From Hydrolagus colliei (taxonomy: Eukaryota), in NCBI GenBank assembly GCA_035084275.1, contig CM068752.1, positions 2,728,001 through 2,792,000 of the forward strand: a stretch of 64,000 nucleotides of DNA. Direction: 5' to 3'. Positions 1-11,787 of this stretch are shown piece after piece. The position numbers and the translations under genes are program-made. Every line of letters starts with the position of its first letter. Position 1 is the stretch's first letter. Below the pieces are notes generated by a model. It ran no database searches. It was not told where the DNA came from and worked only from the letters and a program-made list of their open reading frames with translations.

Positions 1-1574
1 ACCCACAAATAAACAGTCAATTCACTTTACAGAATATTCTATAAAGCACTTTGAGAAGTCTAGAAGATGTGAAAAGTGCTATGTCAAATGGCAGGATTAT
101 TATAATTCTTATTAATATACCTTTGGTTCCATTTAATCATCAGAGCCTCGTGGCTAGAGAGCACAAGCAGATGCTGAGTGTGATAGAGTAAGCAGCTTTG
201 AGCTGACTGATCAAGTGCCTCACGGATAGATTTTCTTAGATCACTTGTTAAACTCATTCCAGTATTAGCAAAATGGCTCATTAGGTTCATCAGCTCCAAC
301 TGATTCCATTATTGAAGGCCCGTTATCGATAAAGGCATTGACCAGCTGATTGCCAGTCAGTGGCCAGGACACTGGACTCATTTTAGAAAAGGCTGGACTC
401 GTAACTCAATGATCTCCTTCATCCAAACCTCTTGCGACCTAACTGTATTGCAATTGTAACGTAATACAATGCAATGTCCCAGCACAATAAATATGATTTA
501 GTGAACGCTTAGGGAAGTGGAATGTACACCAGCCATCTAGCATCGTTGCAGAAATACTAGGAAATGCAGTGATTTGCTGTTATAGGATACGCACCTTCCT
601 GATTTATTGCTTTAATTTTGGTCTTGTGATTTCGAACATGTTTATATGATTAAAAAAAACACACAAAATAAAACTGTAGCCCATCAGGACAGCAGATCAC
701 ACAGAGCCTGGCCTTGCGAGATCAGGGCCGAGTTATTGCCTTTTAAAGCTGTGTGCGCGGAAAAGTCAGACTGTAAAATAATAGCATTGTCCAAACAGAA
801 GGAAATAGTTGAGGGCCGGTCTGCTGCGAAGAGTTTTGACATAAACATGGAACAGATTCAAGTTAATCGGGACTGTCAGGAAACTAGTCTAGACTGTTGG
901 CAATGTTCCATTCATCAATTGTTGATGCTACACGGTTTAGTTATGTTCTGATCTTTTTCTCACTGAAGTTGTGTTAATGAATCGCGGTTTGTAATACAGT
1001 GTAACCGTTGTAAGAATTGCGCTTTTGGTAACACGAGCGTTAATCGCTTTGACCTCACGGTGGGTAAATGAGTTGCTTTCGTGTCGCGGGCAAGATTACA
1101 GTGAAATTCTTGTCTCCCAGGACACCTTCTAACCTGCCTCCTCAGCACCATATGTGGCTTGCATGCTGAGTAGATGGACAGATAGACAGACAAATGTGTG
1201 TGGGGAGAATCTGTTCTCTTGTCAAACCAGTGCGCATGGGAGCTGGGAATTCCAACAGATCGAGTGGGACGGGCTCCTAGAGGCTTGTGTCTTTGCGCTT
1301 GTCATTCAAGCTTCTTGGGTTTGGCTGTGTCCCGAGCAGCCGTTTCCATGCTGACCTTGTGACGGACATCTAGGCAGAGATTTATCGTAATGGAGAGAGA
1401 GAGAGAGAGTCAAGTCAATCTGACTTCATCCACCAATCCTCTCTGTGGACAGATAACGATTGCTGCCGTCAAGGGGTGGGGTGTGCACTGCTCTGACCAG
1501 TCAGTTCCCTGGTAAGTTGGGACGAGGAGTAACAGTGACACTGCGATATTAGGGCAAAGAGTGACTCAGCCCCT

Positions 1575-1940
1575 ATAGACTTTACCCTGAGCCCTTCCCT
1601 CTGTGGCCTTCCAACCCCCTACCAACCTGTCCACTCCCTCCATTCAGCTAGCTCCAGCCTGCTTCACGTCACCCGCCTCACCCACTCCGTCATAAACCTC
1701 TCTGCCCCACCCTCTGGAACTCCGTCCCACAGTCCCTCCACCTCAACCCCCTCTCTTGCTTCCTTCAAGGCCCTTCGCGAGACCCTCCTCTCCGAACATG
1801 CCTCTGGTCAGCCTCCTACCCCTACCCTCCACCCTTCCTGATCCCAGCCACCGGGTGTGGATGCCTGACTGTCCAGCACCTTGGGACGTCCTCCTGATGT
1901 GAAACGTGCTGCACAAATATAATTAGTTGTTGTTGTTGTG
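1575..1940 (+). mobile_element. L2-clade LINE 3' fragment (RT C-terminus remnant, 3' UTR, (TTG)n tail)
   Basis: ctctggaactccgtcccacagtccctcc...ctgactgtccagcaccttgggacgtcctcctgatgtgaaa...gttgttgtt. Same sequence family as 62735-63810 and 60516-60900. Confidence 0.8.
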
Positions 1941-1946
1941 TTGCAG

Positions 1947-2060
1947 GGTGGTGGTTCGTCAGCTCAGCTGATGAGCAGGGCTGGGTCCCAGCCACATGTC
2001 TAGAAGCCCAAGATGGAGCTCAGGATGATCTTCTGGTTGTCAGCGCCAAACCAGGGGAAG
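1947..2060 (+). CDS. SH3PXD2B: SH3PXD2B (Tks4) internal exon: C-terminal half of SH3 domain 1 and linker
   Basis: ttgcAG acceptor (1945-1946) and G|GTAAGC donor (2061). Translates (G)[37 protein letters not shown], matching recalled Tks4 [20 protein letters not shown]. Phase 1-1. Correct frame not in the ORF track. Confidence 0.95.
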
Positions 2061-2499
2061 GTAAGCATCCGAAACGCACATGGTTTCACATCCTCAACAC
2101 CCATTATCATGCAAGTCCAGGCTTCTGTATTTGCTTATCAGAAACCCTTGGATAATTTCACTCGCTTGTGTTTGAAGGCTTTTTATTGTCCTTCGTTCGG
2201 ATTAAGTTAAACTTGTTCAAATCAAAATACACAGCTAAACCAAATTGAACTATAATTAGTCGTTGCAAAGCTTCGCAATTTTTTTAATTAAAAAGATGCT
2301 CTAAAAACAATTCCTGTGAGTGTACAGCGCCTTTAATGTCAGGATGACACACCCAAGATTGTAACCGGCTGAGGCAGAAGGGGGTGGGGTTGTGTATTTG
2401 TGTATCTCTGTTTGCTGAGATGTTCAGAGTACTTTGCACTGTAAGCGAGGCAGAGACAGTCCCCAGTGAGCACCACACGTTGAGTTGCTTTTGACATTT

Positions 2500-2542
2500 A
2501 TTTGTTTGTTTGTGTGTGTGTGTATGTGTGTGTGTGTGTATG
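2500..2542 (+). repeat. (TTTG)n/(TG)n microsatellite
   Basis: Direct inspection. Confidence 0.9.
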
Positions 2543-2654
2543 TCAGGCATTTAGTCTCTTCCTTCCCCCTCCCCACCACCACCCGGGATACATGGACACC
2601 ATTTGTTGTCCAGCTCCTTGCCGTTTTCTGTGACTGAGCCTGTAGAAACACGGA

Positions 2655-2810
2655 AACAGGAGGAGGCCATTCAGCCCCTCGAGCCTGTTCCACTATTCTA
2701 TAAGATCGTGGCTGATCAGTATCTCCAGTCGCTCGCCCAGTATCTCTTATTACCCTGATGTAACAAATCAGTCTCGAAGATGTGAATAGATCCAGCCTCC
2801 ACAGGGAGAG
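2655..2810 (-). mobile_element. CR1-type LINE 3' end fragment (degenerate)
   Basis: aggccattcagcccctcgagcctgttccactattctataagatcgtggctgatc, homologous to 11065-11200 and 44335-44475. Confidence 0.65.
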
Positions 2811-4078
2811 AGAGTATCTAAGGGTAGCCAGGGAATTGTCATGACTGTGTCTGACCTGGCTGAGTTCGGGAACTTGAGATCGACTAAGGATCGAACCCAG
2901 GACCTCACTAGCCAGTCGGTGACTTAGGTCCTCACTGGGCTACCAGGGAAGCTGCTCGTACCTGATAAATGAGAGGGAAGAGTTGGGCACGTATTATCAT
3001 TGGCTTCGATACAGTAGGTCCATTAACAAGTGTTAACGCCTATTGATATGAAACTGAAACAATATTAAGATAAGAAATACCAAAAATAACACTCAGGAAT
3101 AGTGGTTGTAAAGCCCTTGTTGATTTAAGATTGGGTTAAGTTATGTTGGACAAACTAATTGGTGGCCAAAGATAATTTAATACAAACCAATGTAAGATTT
3201 CGGAGATACTTAGGCTGAGACTGCCCTGGAAAGCTTCCCTTGTGGGGATGTTTCTCATTCAGTATTTCTTTTGACTGATGTTGTTCGCCGAGGTAATGAG
3301 CCTTTCCCTCCAACCTCAACCCCCCCCTCCAATGCCCGCTGAGAATTGTGCCAAATGAAGGCGAAAGGAGAAAATCAATCACTGAGATGCTCTGTGATGA
3401 TACTTGCCTGCCGAAAATCACTGCAAGGAGTTAGGGTAGTGGGCGAATCGATTCCCAGTGCTAAACGTGTGCATTGAGAGTCCTATTTGGGCGGCTCTAG
3501 AGTCTCGCAGCTTTGAAGCCACCGGGTGTGTGTGTGTGTTTGTTTGTGTATGTGCGCTTGTTTGTGTGTGTGCACACAGATGTCCCTTAACATTTAGCAC
3601 TGTGTCTGGCCTCAAATCACCTCCCTGATGGAAACAATTTAAAATAGCTTCTCCCAGTATAAACAGCGCGGGGGAAATCTGAGCAGATCTGCTTTTATTG
3701 GACACATTTAACCACTTCGAAAACAAACGGGAGCTTTTTGCTGAATCTTAATTGGGACCATTCGTAACACCTTCTTCTTTTGTTTTTTGCCCCTTACGAC
3801 CATCAGTAGTTTTGTCTCCATTCACAGTTCGTTCATTTAAATAAATACATTTTATCGGTGGAAACGGTAGATTAACGGAAGAAATTTCAGATTTGAACCT
3901 GCGCCATTTGTCCATGATTTATCTTGTGATTGGGAGTAATCTGGCCGTTTGGGGGCTTTTTCTACTGAGTTGAGGAATGCACACAGCAAAGAGTTTTATC
4001 ACAGCGCAGCGATTTGTGAATCATTAATGAGCTGTTTACACTCTGTCGTTCCCTTCCTGCTTTTCAACATGCTTTCAG

Positions 4079-4162
4079 TCACTAGGAGATACTGGTCTTT
4101 GCCAAGACACGTGGGCTATCGACAGACGTTAGGAGACCTGTACACCTGTATCTGGGGTCAAG
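4079..4162 (+). CDS. SH3PXD2B: Candidate 84-nt in-frame alternative (cassette) exon of SH3PXD2B between SH3-1 and SH3-2
   Basis: Pyrimidine tract cccttcctgcttttcaacatgctttcAG, donor AAG|GTGGAT. Phase 1-1 like the flanking exons, no stop. Encodes (V)TRRYWSLPRHVGYRQTLGDLYTCIWGQ(E). Resembles the recalled 28-aa alternative insert at this position in Tks4/Tks5 isoforms (R..TLG motif). Confidence 0.75.
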
Positions 4163-5337
4163 GTGGATGGAGACGAGCGCTTGTTGTTACAGTGTCCTGT
4201 GTTTGTCGTTGCTTGCTCTGTTTGTGTCGCACACACACATTGTGTCCCCCCGCCCCCCCCCCCCACATCTCCCCGACTGGATGTTTTGCATGAACCTGCT
4301 CAGCAGAGTTTGTTCCTGTGAGCTTGTGACTCATAATGTAACAAATCACAATAATAATACTAATATTAATGATCCTTGCATTTGATATAGCGCCTTATCG
4401 CGTCTTCGAGACTTCTCAAAGCGCTTCACAAAATATTCTGCGAAGTGCAATGACTTTAATGTTTTGCGGACGAAAGGCGGCAGCCGATTGCACCCCAGCT
4501 GGGGTCCCACAAACAGTCGTGGATTAAATAACCAATTTCTTATTACGTATTAAATATCCAGTAAGTGAGACAGTGCTTTGACTCTTGATAAAAATTGATC
4601 TGGTTCTTCGTTTTCACAGCCGACCCTGTTAAGTAACCAGCACTCATAATAAATAATAAGCGATGAATGACACCGAATCAATTGCAAGATTGGGATTACA
4701 TGAAATCTCTGTCACGTTAGATAATTAAACGATGACATTGGCTTCACTCCCCGAAGATTTTGACTCCTTTTTTTCCCCCGGCGTTCTGTGAGAGAGAGAG
4801 CATTCACCTCCAAATGAATAGGTTTGAGACACCACCTCTCCCAGGGTAAATTATTGAATCATTTTTTTTGTAGGTTATGCAAATGGATTGGGATTTTTTT
4901 TCTCTCCTTTTACCGCAATAACTGCAAAACTATCGTTTTAAATAAAGAATAATTAGTTGTGACGCTTTCGGCGATTCAACCAATGGCCGTCCGCTATAAG
5001 CCACTCGATTTCCAATTGGAGTCATCCTTGCGTTTCAATTATAATATAATAATCATTGGATTTGATCTAACGCTTTTCATCTTAGCGACGTCTCAAAGCG
5101 CTTCACAGAATATACTGTAAAGTGAATTGACTGTATATTTGTGAATGGCTATCAACCGCACTCCACACACCTTAACTTAATCTTGCCTTCACACGAGGTC
5201 CAGAGCAGTGTGTGTGGTTAGTGGTGGGGGGGGGGGGGGGGCTCCGATTTCTGGCCAACTCAAGACACCTGTTATAGGAAATATTTCACATTTTTACTTT
5301 TCACATCCAGACTATTACTGCTACCTACTGCTACAGT

Positions 5338-5630
5338 AGTAATAATAATCCTTGCATTTGATATAGCGCTTTTCACGTCTTCTAGACACCTCAAAGCGCT
5401 TCACAGACTGTACTGTAAAGTGAATTGACTGTATATTTTGTGGGCGAAATGCGGCAGCCAATTGTGCACAGCAGTGTCCCCCAAACAGTCGTGATTGAAA
5501 TGACCCATTTTTTTTTCTTGAGGGATTATTATCAGGTGGGTGGAGAAAGGAAACTTGACCAAAGGTTCGCCTGGAATCGAACACAGATCTCTCGCTTGCA
5601 AGGCGAGTGCTCTAACCACTGAGTTACGGC
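5338..5630 (-). mobile_element. tRNA-headed Deu-domain SINE, near full length
   Basis: Reverse complement has A box (ctcagtggttagagc), B box (gttcgattcc), core gactgtttgggggacactgctgtgcacaattggctgccgc and (TTA)n tail. Confidence 0.88.
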
Positions 5631-6668
5631 ACTACATTCCAACCATTTGTAAAATTGATGGCTGACATCCCCTGACATAGGCATGTAGACACTCCCAGTT
5701 GAAGACCAGCCCCTGTCCAACTCTGCCATCCGGCAGCAATGAGCAAACTTAAAAGGGTTCAGATTCACTTCTGAAACAGCTGTAAATTCCAGATATTCCC
5801 AAATGCAATGAATTATTTCTTGTCCTGCAGAGACAAAGGTAGACCTGTTTGTAAAGCACTTGCTCTGGAATGGAAACAAACTTCTCTGTGTCTGCTGTTA
5901 TACCACATGCTGTAAAATCTTTGCTTCCCTGCTATAAATGTCACATCGACTGTCAAGGTCAAATTCAAAATCAGCATTCTTTGGGTTGAAGTCTTTTAGC
6001 CAGTTAAATGGAGCTTCATTTCAATGTTGTATCCAGTAATCAAATCACTATGTGTCTCCACAGTTGCCAGCTAGCTCTCTTAAGTGCTCTGGCAAACAGG
6101 AGAGTGCTGACAATGCTTCCTGTAAAGAACAGCCCCAAATTGCTTTCCTTAGCAAACGGCATGGCTTTTTCTGCGAGCCTGTGGCACAGCGGCTTATTAG
6201 TTTTTTGCGATGAAATGTACCGTGACATCTGGACAGTGGAAATTTTAATTGAAAATCTGCATGGTTTTCAGTTTTCACTGTACTTGCGGCTTTGAACATT
6301 TGATTTCCACTTCCTTCTCTCTCACCCTCCTCTCTTCCACTCCACCCCACCTCCCTCCTTTCCCTCCCTCCCTCCCTTCTCACCCACCCCTCCCGGCATG
6401 AAGTCACACAACAAAACTTGCAGTGAATTATCCATATACAAACCCATTGCATCCACCGAACTGCAGTAAAATTCTACATCAATGGACCCGTTTGATATTT
6501 ACAGGAACGTTTGCATTCATCATTCAAAATGCATTTTTTTTTCACAGTTTGGTGGCATTTTAACTGTACTCCAGTCACTGTATTAGCGGCTAGACACTGG
6601 CCGCAGTGAGTTCGCTCTGTTCCATGTGCTGCGGAGAATGAACGAATGTTCTGCTTATTCTTTTTCAG

Positions 6669-6786
6669 AGGAGAACTTTGCGGTTATTTATTCGTACTCC
6701 GCGAGGGATAATGATGAGATTGATCTGGAAAGAGGTATGGTGGTGCAGGTCATACAGAAGAACCTGGAAGGTTGGTGGAAGATCAG
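6669..6786 (+). CDS. SH3PXD2B: SH3PXD2B exon: N-terminal part of SH3 domain 2
   Basis: tttttcAG acceptor, AG|GTAATT donor. (E)[38 protein letters not shown](R) is an SH3 signature matching recalled Tks4 [13 protein letters not shown]. Confidence 0.95.
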
Positions 6787-6849
6787 GTAATTGGATGCTC
6801 TGTTGAGCTGCTAAGGTTTACTGCGACTTGAAGTTCCCATCGCCCTTAC

Positions 6850-7170
6850 ACCCTGTGGCTCAGTGGTTAGAGCATTCGCCTTTACAAGTGTGAGACCTGT
6901 ATTTCGAATCCAGGCAGGTCAGGGTGAAACCCTGGGCATGTTTCCTTACTCCATATACAAGCCTAATAATCCGTCCCAAGAAAACCCCACAATACTAAAA
7001 ATTGGTCATTTCAATCCACGACTGTTTGTGAGGACGCCGCTGTGCGCAATTGGCTGCCGTGTTTCGCCCACCAATATGCAGTCAATTCACTTTACAGCGT
7101 ATTCTTGTGAAGCGCTTTGAGATGTTGATAAGGTGTGAAAAGCGCTATATCAAATTGCAAGGATTATTGT
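6850..7170 (+). mobile_element. tRNA-headed Deu-domain SINE, full length
   Basis: gtggctcagtggttagagc...ttcgaatcc...ctgtgcgcaattggctgcc...gcaaggattatt. Confidence 0.9.
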
Positions 7171-7364
7171 TAATGTAATTTATACATTAACATGTACAGC
7201 GCCTTTCATGTCTGGAGGGCGTCCTCATTGTTCTTCCTGCAGTGTTGTACTCCAGACACCCACATGTGGTCACCTTGGAGCCAACTCTCCATTTTATTTC
7301 AGGTTGCAAAGAAGCAGACTTTTAGTTTTAATTTCCCCGAGTAGCAGCAGTAGTAGTAATACTA

Positions 7365-7520
7365 CTCAGTCCCATCAGTCGGTCACCTCAAATCCCCCCC
7401 TTCCCCTCCACCCTCCCCTGTCCCCGACCCCAGCTCGGGTCTGAAACAATGACTGTCCAGCGCCTTGGGACGTCCTCCTGACGTGAAGGACGTTATACAA
7501 GTGTCATTTTGTTGTTGCTG
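7365..7520 (+). mobile_element. L2 LINE 3' UTR/tail fragment
   Basis: cccagctcgggtctgaaacaatgactgtccagcgccttgggacgtcctcctgacgtgaa...gttgttg, closely matching 63660-63810. Confidence 0.8.
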
Positions 7521-9279
7521 TAATAATAATAATAATAATAATAATCCTTGCATTTGATATAGGGCTTTATCCCATCATCGAGACTTCTCAAAGAGCTTCA
7601 CAGAATTATACTGTAAAGTGAATTGACTGTGGGTGAAACCATGCAACCAGGATGTGGGGGGAAAAAAGTCTTACTCAATGATTAAAGGCTAGACAGATGT
7701 ATCGAGGCAGAGATTGTGTCTTGCGTTTGCTGATGTATCTTCTATTTTGTCAAGTTTTATGACCTCAAGTGGTTTAATGCAAGGGTGTTGGTTCCGTTCT
7801 CCCAATCCCTTTCGTCAAACAGAGTCCCATTACACATACCAAAAATAAGGGCATTGAGTCATAGCTGGGTCAACAGATGTGTGGGGTGGAATAGCTTTCA
7901 GTCATGCTTCGTAATTGCTACGTATCGATATAAAAATATACCAGAAGTTATATTGTCATTTCTTTCTTACCCTAATTTGCCCAAACTCCCAATTAAACCA
8001 TCGTGGCCAAGCAACCCATTTTAGGTTGATATGGTCAGTTCTCAATGAGATCCACAAGTGATTACTCTTGAGACAACAGAAACACATTGTTAATGTAAAA
8101 AATATTTTTCGCTGCGTCCCGAGGTTCTGCTCTCAGCCCTGAATTAAGAGTAAGACACACTCACGGGTGAGAGTTTGATGGAGTTGGTAATATTGGAATA
8201 GGTGATAGTTGTTGGGAGTTGGTAATTGGTTTGGAGTTGAAATTGAAACGCAATGGGAAGTAATACATATGCTACATCGCCACCTGCAGTCAGAGAGTAA
8301 CATATTTGTCAGACTTTTCTCCTGAAGTATTGTAATGTGTTCTAATGCAAATTATCGAGAGAAGTATAGGGTTGGAGAATGATTTGATTCCTCTTTTTGC
8401 TCGCGGTGGGTTTGCATGCCAGCCAGTGATGTGACAGCTAAAGGCCCATCGTTCATGACCGTTTTGGTAACGTTTTGAAATGAGCTTGTTTTATCGTGAG
8501 ACAGTTGTTAAATGCTGCCACACAGTGGCTTAAGATTGTATAAGATTCATGATTCATTCGGGCTATATTTGTGCTAGGTCTTCCTGGGGTTTGTTTGGGG
8601 GTTGGCATCATTTCATTCAAGGGATATGATTAACACAGTAGAACGAAATTACTCACAACATTGTGTAACTTCCAATGTACCCAGTTGAGAGAGGATTAAC
8701 ATATTTTTAATTAAAACAATATTGTTCAGGTCCCTTTTCCCTCCCGGCTGCTGTTACAGGGATTTACTGTACGTTGTAAAGCTCCATGTTACAGCTTAGG
8801 TTAGAAGAAGGACTTTCATGTCATGTTGTAAGTTTCCAGTCTCAACACACATAGCTGGAGATGCTACTACATAAAATTCTGCGCATGTTCTTTGATGGAG
8901 GAACAATTGGTCGAGCACCTTTTAAGGGCCAGTTTAGATACTCTGTGTAAACCAGGGAATGACTAACCTTCCTGCTCTCGGTACAGTAATGGTGTGTCAT
9001 AGAAACCCAGGAATGCTTGCGTCATTCCAACTCGCACTTAGTTTTGTAAGATAGTGTGACACAAAAGGGTGACACTGTTTGCAAAGAGAGTCGATGATTC
9101 TTGTGCAGGCTGTCGCTCTTGGGTCAGTTGGCAGGAAAAATGAGCAAAGCAGCAATTTTAATTTCAAACCCCAGAGCCTTTATTTATCCAAGAACTCTTA
9201 TTTACAGAGCTTGTAATCTGAACTTTAATTGTCAAGTTGTGAAGTGAAGTAGAAACTCTGCACAGTGACCAACAAGGTT

Positions 9280-9475
9280 TAATAATAATAATACATGCAT
9301 TTAATACAGTGCCTTATCATGTCTTCTAGACGTCTCAAAGCGCTTCATAGAATGTACTGTGAAGTGAGTTGACTGTATATTTACGGGCGAAACACGATAG
9401 CCAATTGCGCACAGCAGAGTCCTCCCACAAACAGCCGCGGATTGAAATGACCAAATTATTCTTATTAATGTTTTT
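9280..9475 (-). mobile_element. Deu-domain SINE 3' half
   Basis: Tail and core in reverse orientation, ending ~45 nt upstream of exon 9522. Confidence 0.85.
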
Positions 9476-9521
9476 TTATGTAAAGTTTCTATCTTACGAG
9501 GTGCATGTGTTTCCTCAATAG

Positions 9522-9754
9522 GTATCAAGGCCGGGAAGGTTGGGCTCCAGCCTCGTACCTAAAGAAAGCCACCAATGAACTGTTGGATCAGAAGCTAACC
9601 TCAGGGCAAGCTATCCATTCGAGCGCAACTGACCTTGATGCAATTGGCAGTCAGCCGAGCTCCGCCAAGGATACCAAAGAGAAGGCCACCTTATTTGACC
9701 AAAAAGGTGCGAAATTAGAGTTCCGAGGGGCAGGGCCGTCTGACTCTAAAGGGA
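9522..9754 (+). CDS. SH3PXD2B: SH3PXD2B exon: end of SH3-2 and linker
   Basis: caatAG acceptor, GGA|GTAAGT donor. (R)YQGREGWAPASYLKKATNELL...SDSKG, within ORF 9505..9762. Phases join the neighbours. Confidence 0.93.
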
Positions 9755-9849
9755 GTAAGTAACAGCATTGATCAAAACACTGACCTGAAATACTTTGATA
9801 AATATATATACCACTGAACTGGTGTGGATTTGCTTCTTGTACCTTCTTG

Positions 9850-10177
9850 TGGAGCTCCTGTAGCTCACTGGTTTAGAGTACAAGCATGAGACCTGTGTTC
9901 GAATCCAGGCAGATCAGCGCGAAACCTTGGGCGCAAGTTTCGTTACTCCACACGCCTAATAATAATCCGAAAAACCCCACGATAATAAAATTGGTCATTT
10001 CAATCCACGAGTGTTCGTGGGGACACTGCTGTGCATAATTGGCTGCCGCGTTTCGCCCACAAATATACGGCCAATTCACTTTACAGTATATTCTGTGAAG
10101 CGCTTTGAGACGTCGATAAGATGTGAAATGCCTGAGGTAATGCATCAAATGCAAGGATTATGATTATTCTTATTATT
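9850..10177 (+). mobile_element. tRNA-headed Deu-domain SINE, full length
   Basis: tggagctcctgtagctcactgg...gttcgaatcc...core...gcaaggattatgattatt. Confidence 0.9.
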
Positions 10178-10541
10178 GTACCTGCGGGAATTCTCAATCG
10201 CACATCATCAATACAGGAGTTGACTGAGATACACAGCGGCTGAAAGTTGGGGCAAAATACGAGTGAAGGAGATACACACTTGTGCGGTATTGTCCGGTGA
10301 AGAAAAAGAATCACTTTGACCTTTGAGAAATTCACTCAGGTGATGATTATTACTATTAAAAATGGATTATTACCCTCCGGAAATCAACCCACAAACGGGT
10401 TCCTACTTACTGCTGGGTAAACAGAGGCGCGTGGAGTAAGGAAACTTGCCTCATGTTTCCCCCCCTGTGGGGGAAGGTAGAGTGAGACAGATTCTTTATC
10501 CGTAGAGCAAATGGTAATTCAGTTTCCTTTAAACAATACAG

Positions 10542-10591
10542 AGTTACCCAGCCTGAGGCACAGACCACCACCTCGCAGAGATCTTACCCTG
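10542..10591 (+). CDS. SH3PXD2B: SH3PXD2B 50-nt exon (basic proline-rich RPPPRR motif)
   Basis: atacAG acceptor, CTG|GTGAGT donor. (K)LPSLRHRPPPRRDLTL matches recalled Tks4 RQRPPPRRDMTI. Converts phase 1 to phase 0 as the flanking exons require. Confidence 0.9.
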
Positions 10592-10720
10592 GTGAGTATG
10601 GGAAGGTTTACTCAATGAAATGTTCCCCTGTGTTGACTTTCAAAATCCCTCCCAGAACCTAATGTGAGCTGCCAGTAACTTCTCTCGACAAAAGACAATT
10701 ATTTGGATATTTGATTTTAG

Positions 10721-11200
<480 letters not shown>

Positions 11201-11787
11201 CCATAAGAAAGATAGTTTCCCATTGAACACCAATATACCTGATGCTTCCTGAAGCCTCTGTAGTTAGTTCCAGCAGTCTGAGTTTGTCCCTATCTAACTG
11301 TACAGCGTCTTGGGACATCCTCTTGACGTGAAAGGCGCTATATAAATGCAAGTTTTAATTGATTGTTTGATGGATTGGTAGCAATTATTTGGTGAATGTG
11401 CTTCAAAAATAATTCATTATAATAAAAATTAATAATAATTGTCACGACTACGTTTCGCGGAATCTACGGTAAAGTTAATTGACTGTCTATTTGTGGGAGG
11501 AAACATTACAGGTGAACGAGGAGACTGATGGTGATGAGAGCAACGACATTACAAACTGATGCCCCTCCTGTAATGGCTACAGTCTAGCCTGGGTGAAAGT
11601 TGCCAGATATATAAAATATGTTGTTGTTGTTGGTGGTGCAGTCATCCCATATTTGACCTGCTGTTTAAGAGGAAGTAGAACAGAAGGAATGTTAGTAATA
11701 GCTCATGTTTCTGTGATGCAGTCTTTAACACGAACTTGAGTGAAAACGCTGTTTAAAGAGCAACTTGTTTGTTCGTTTAACCTTTAG

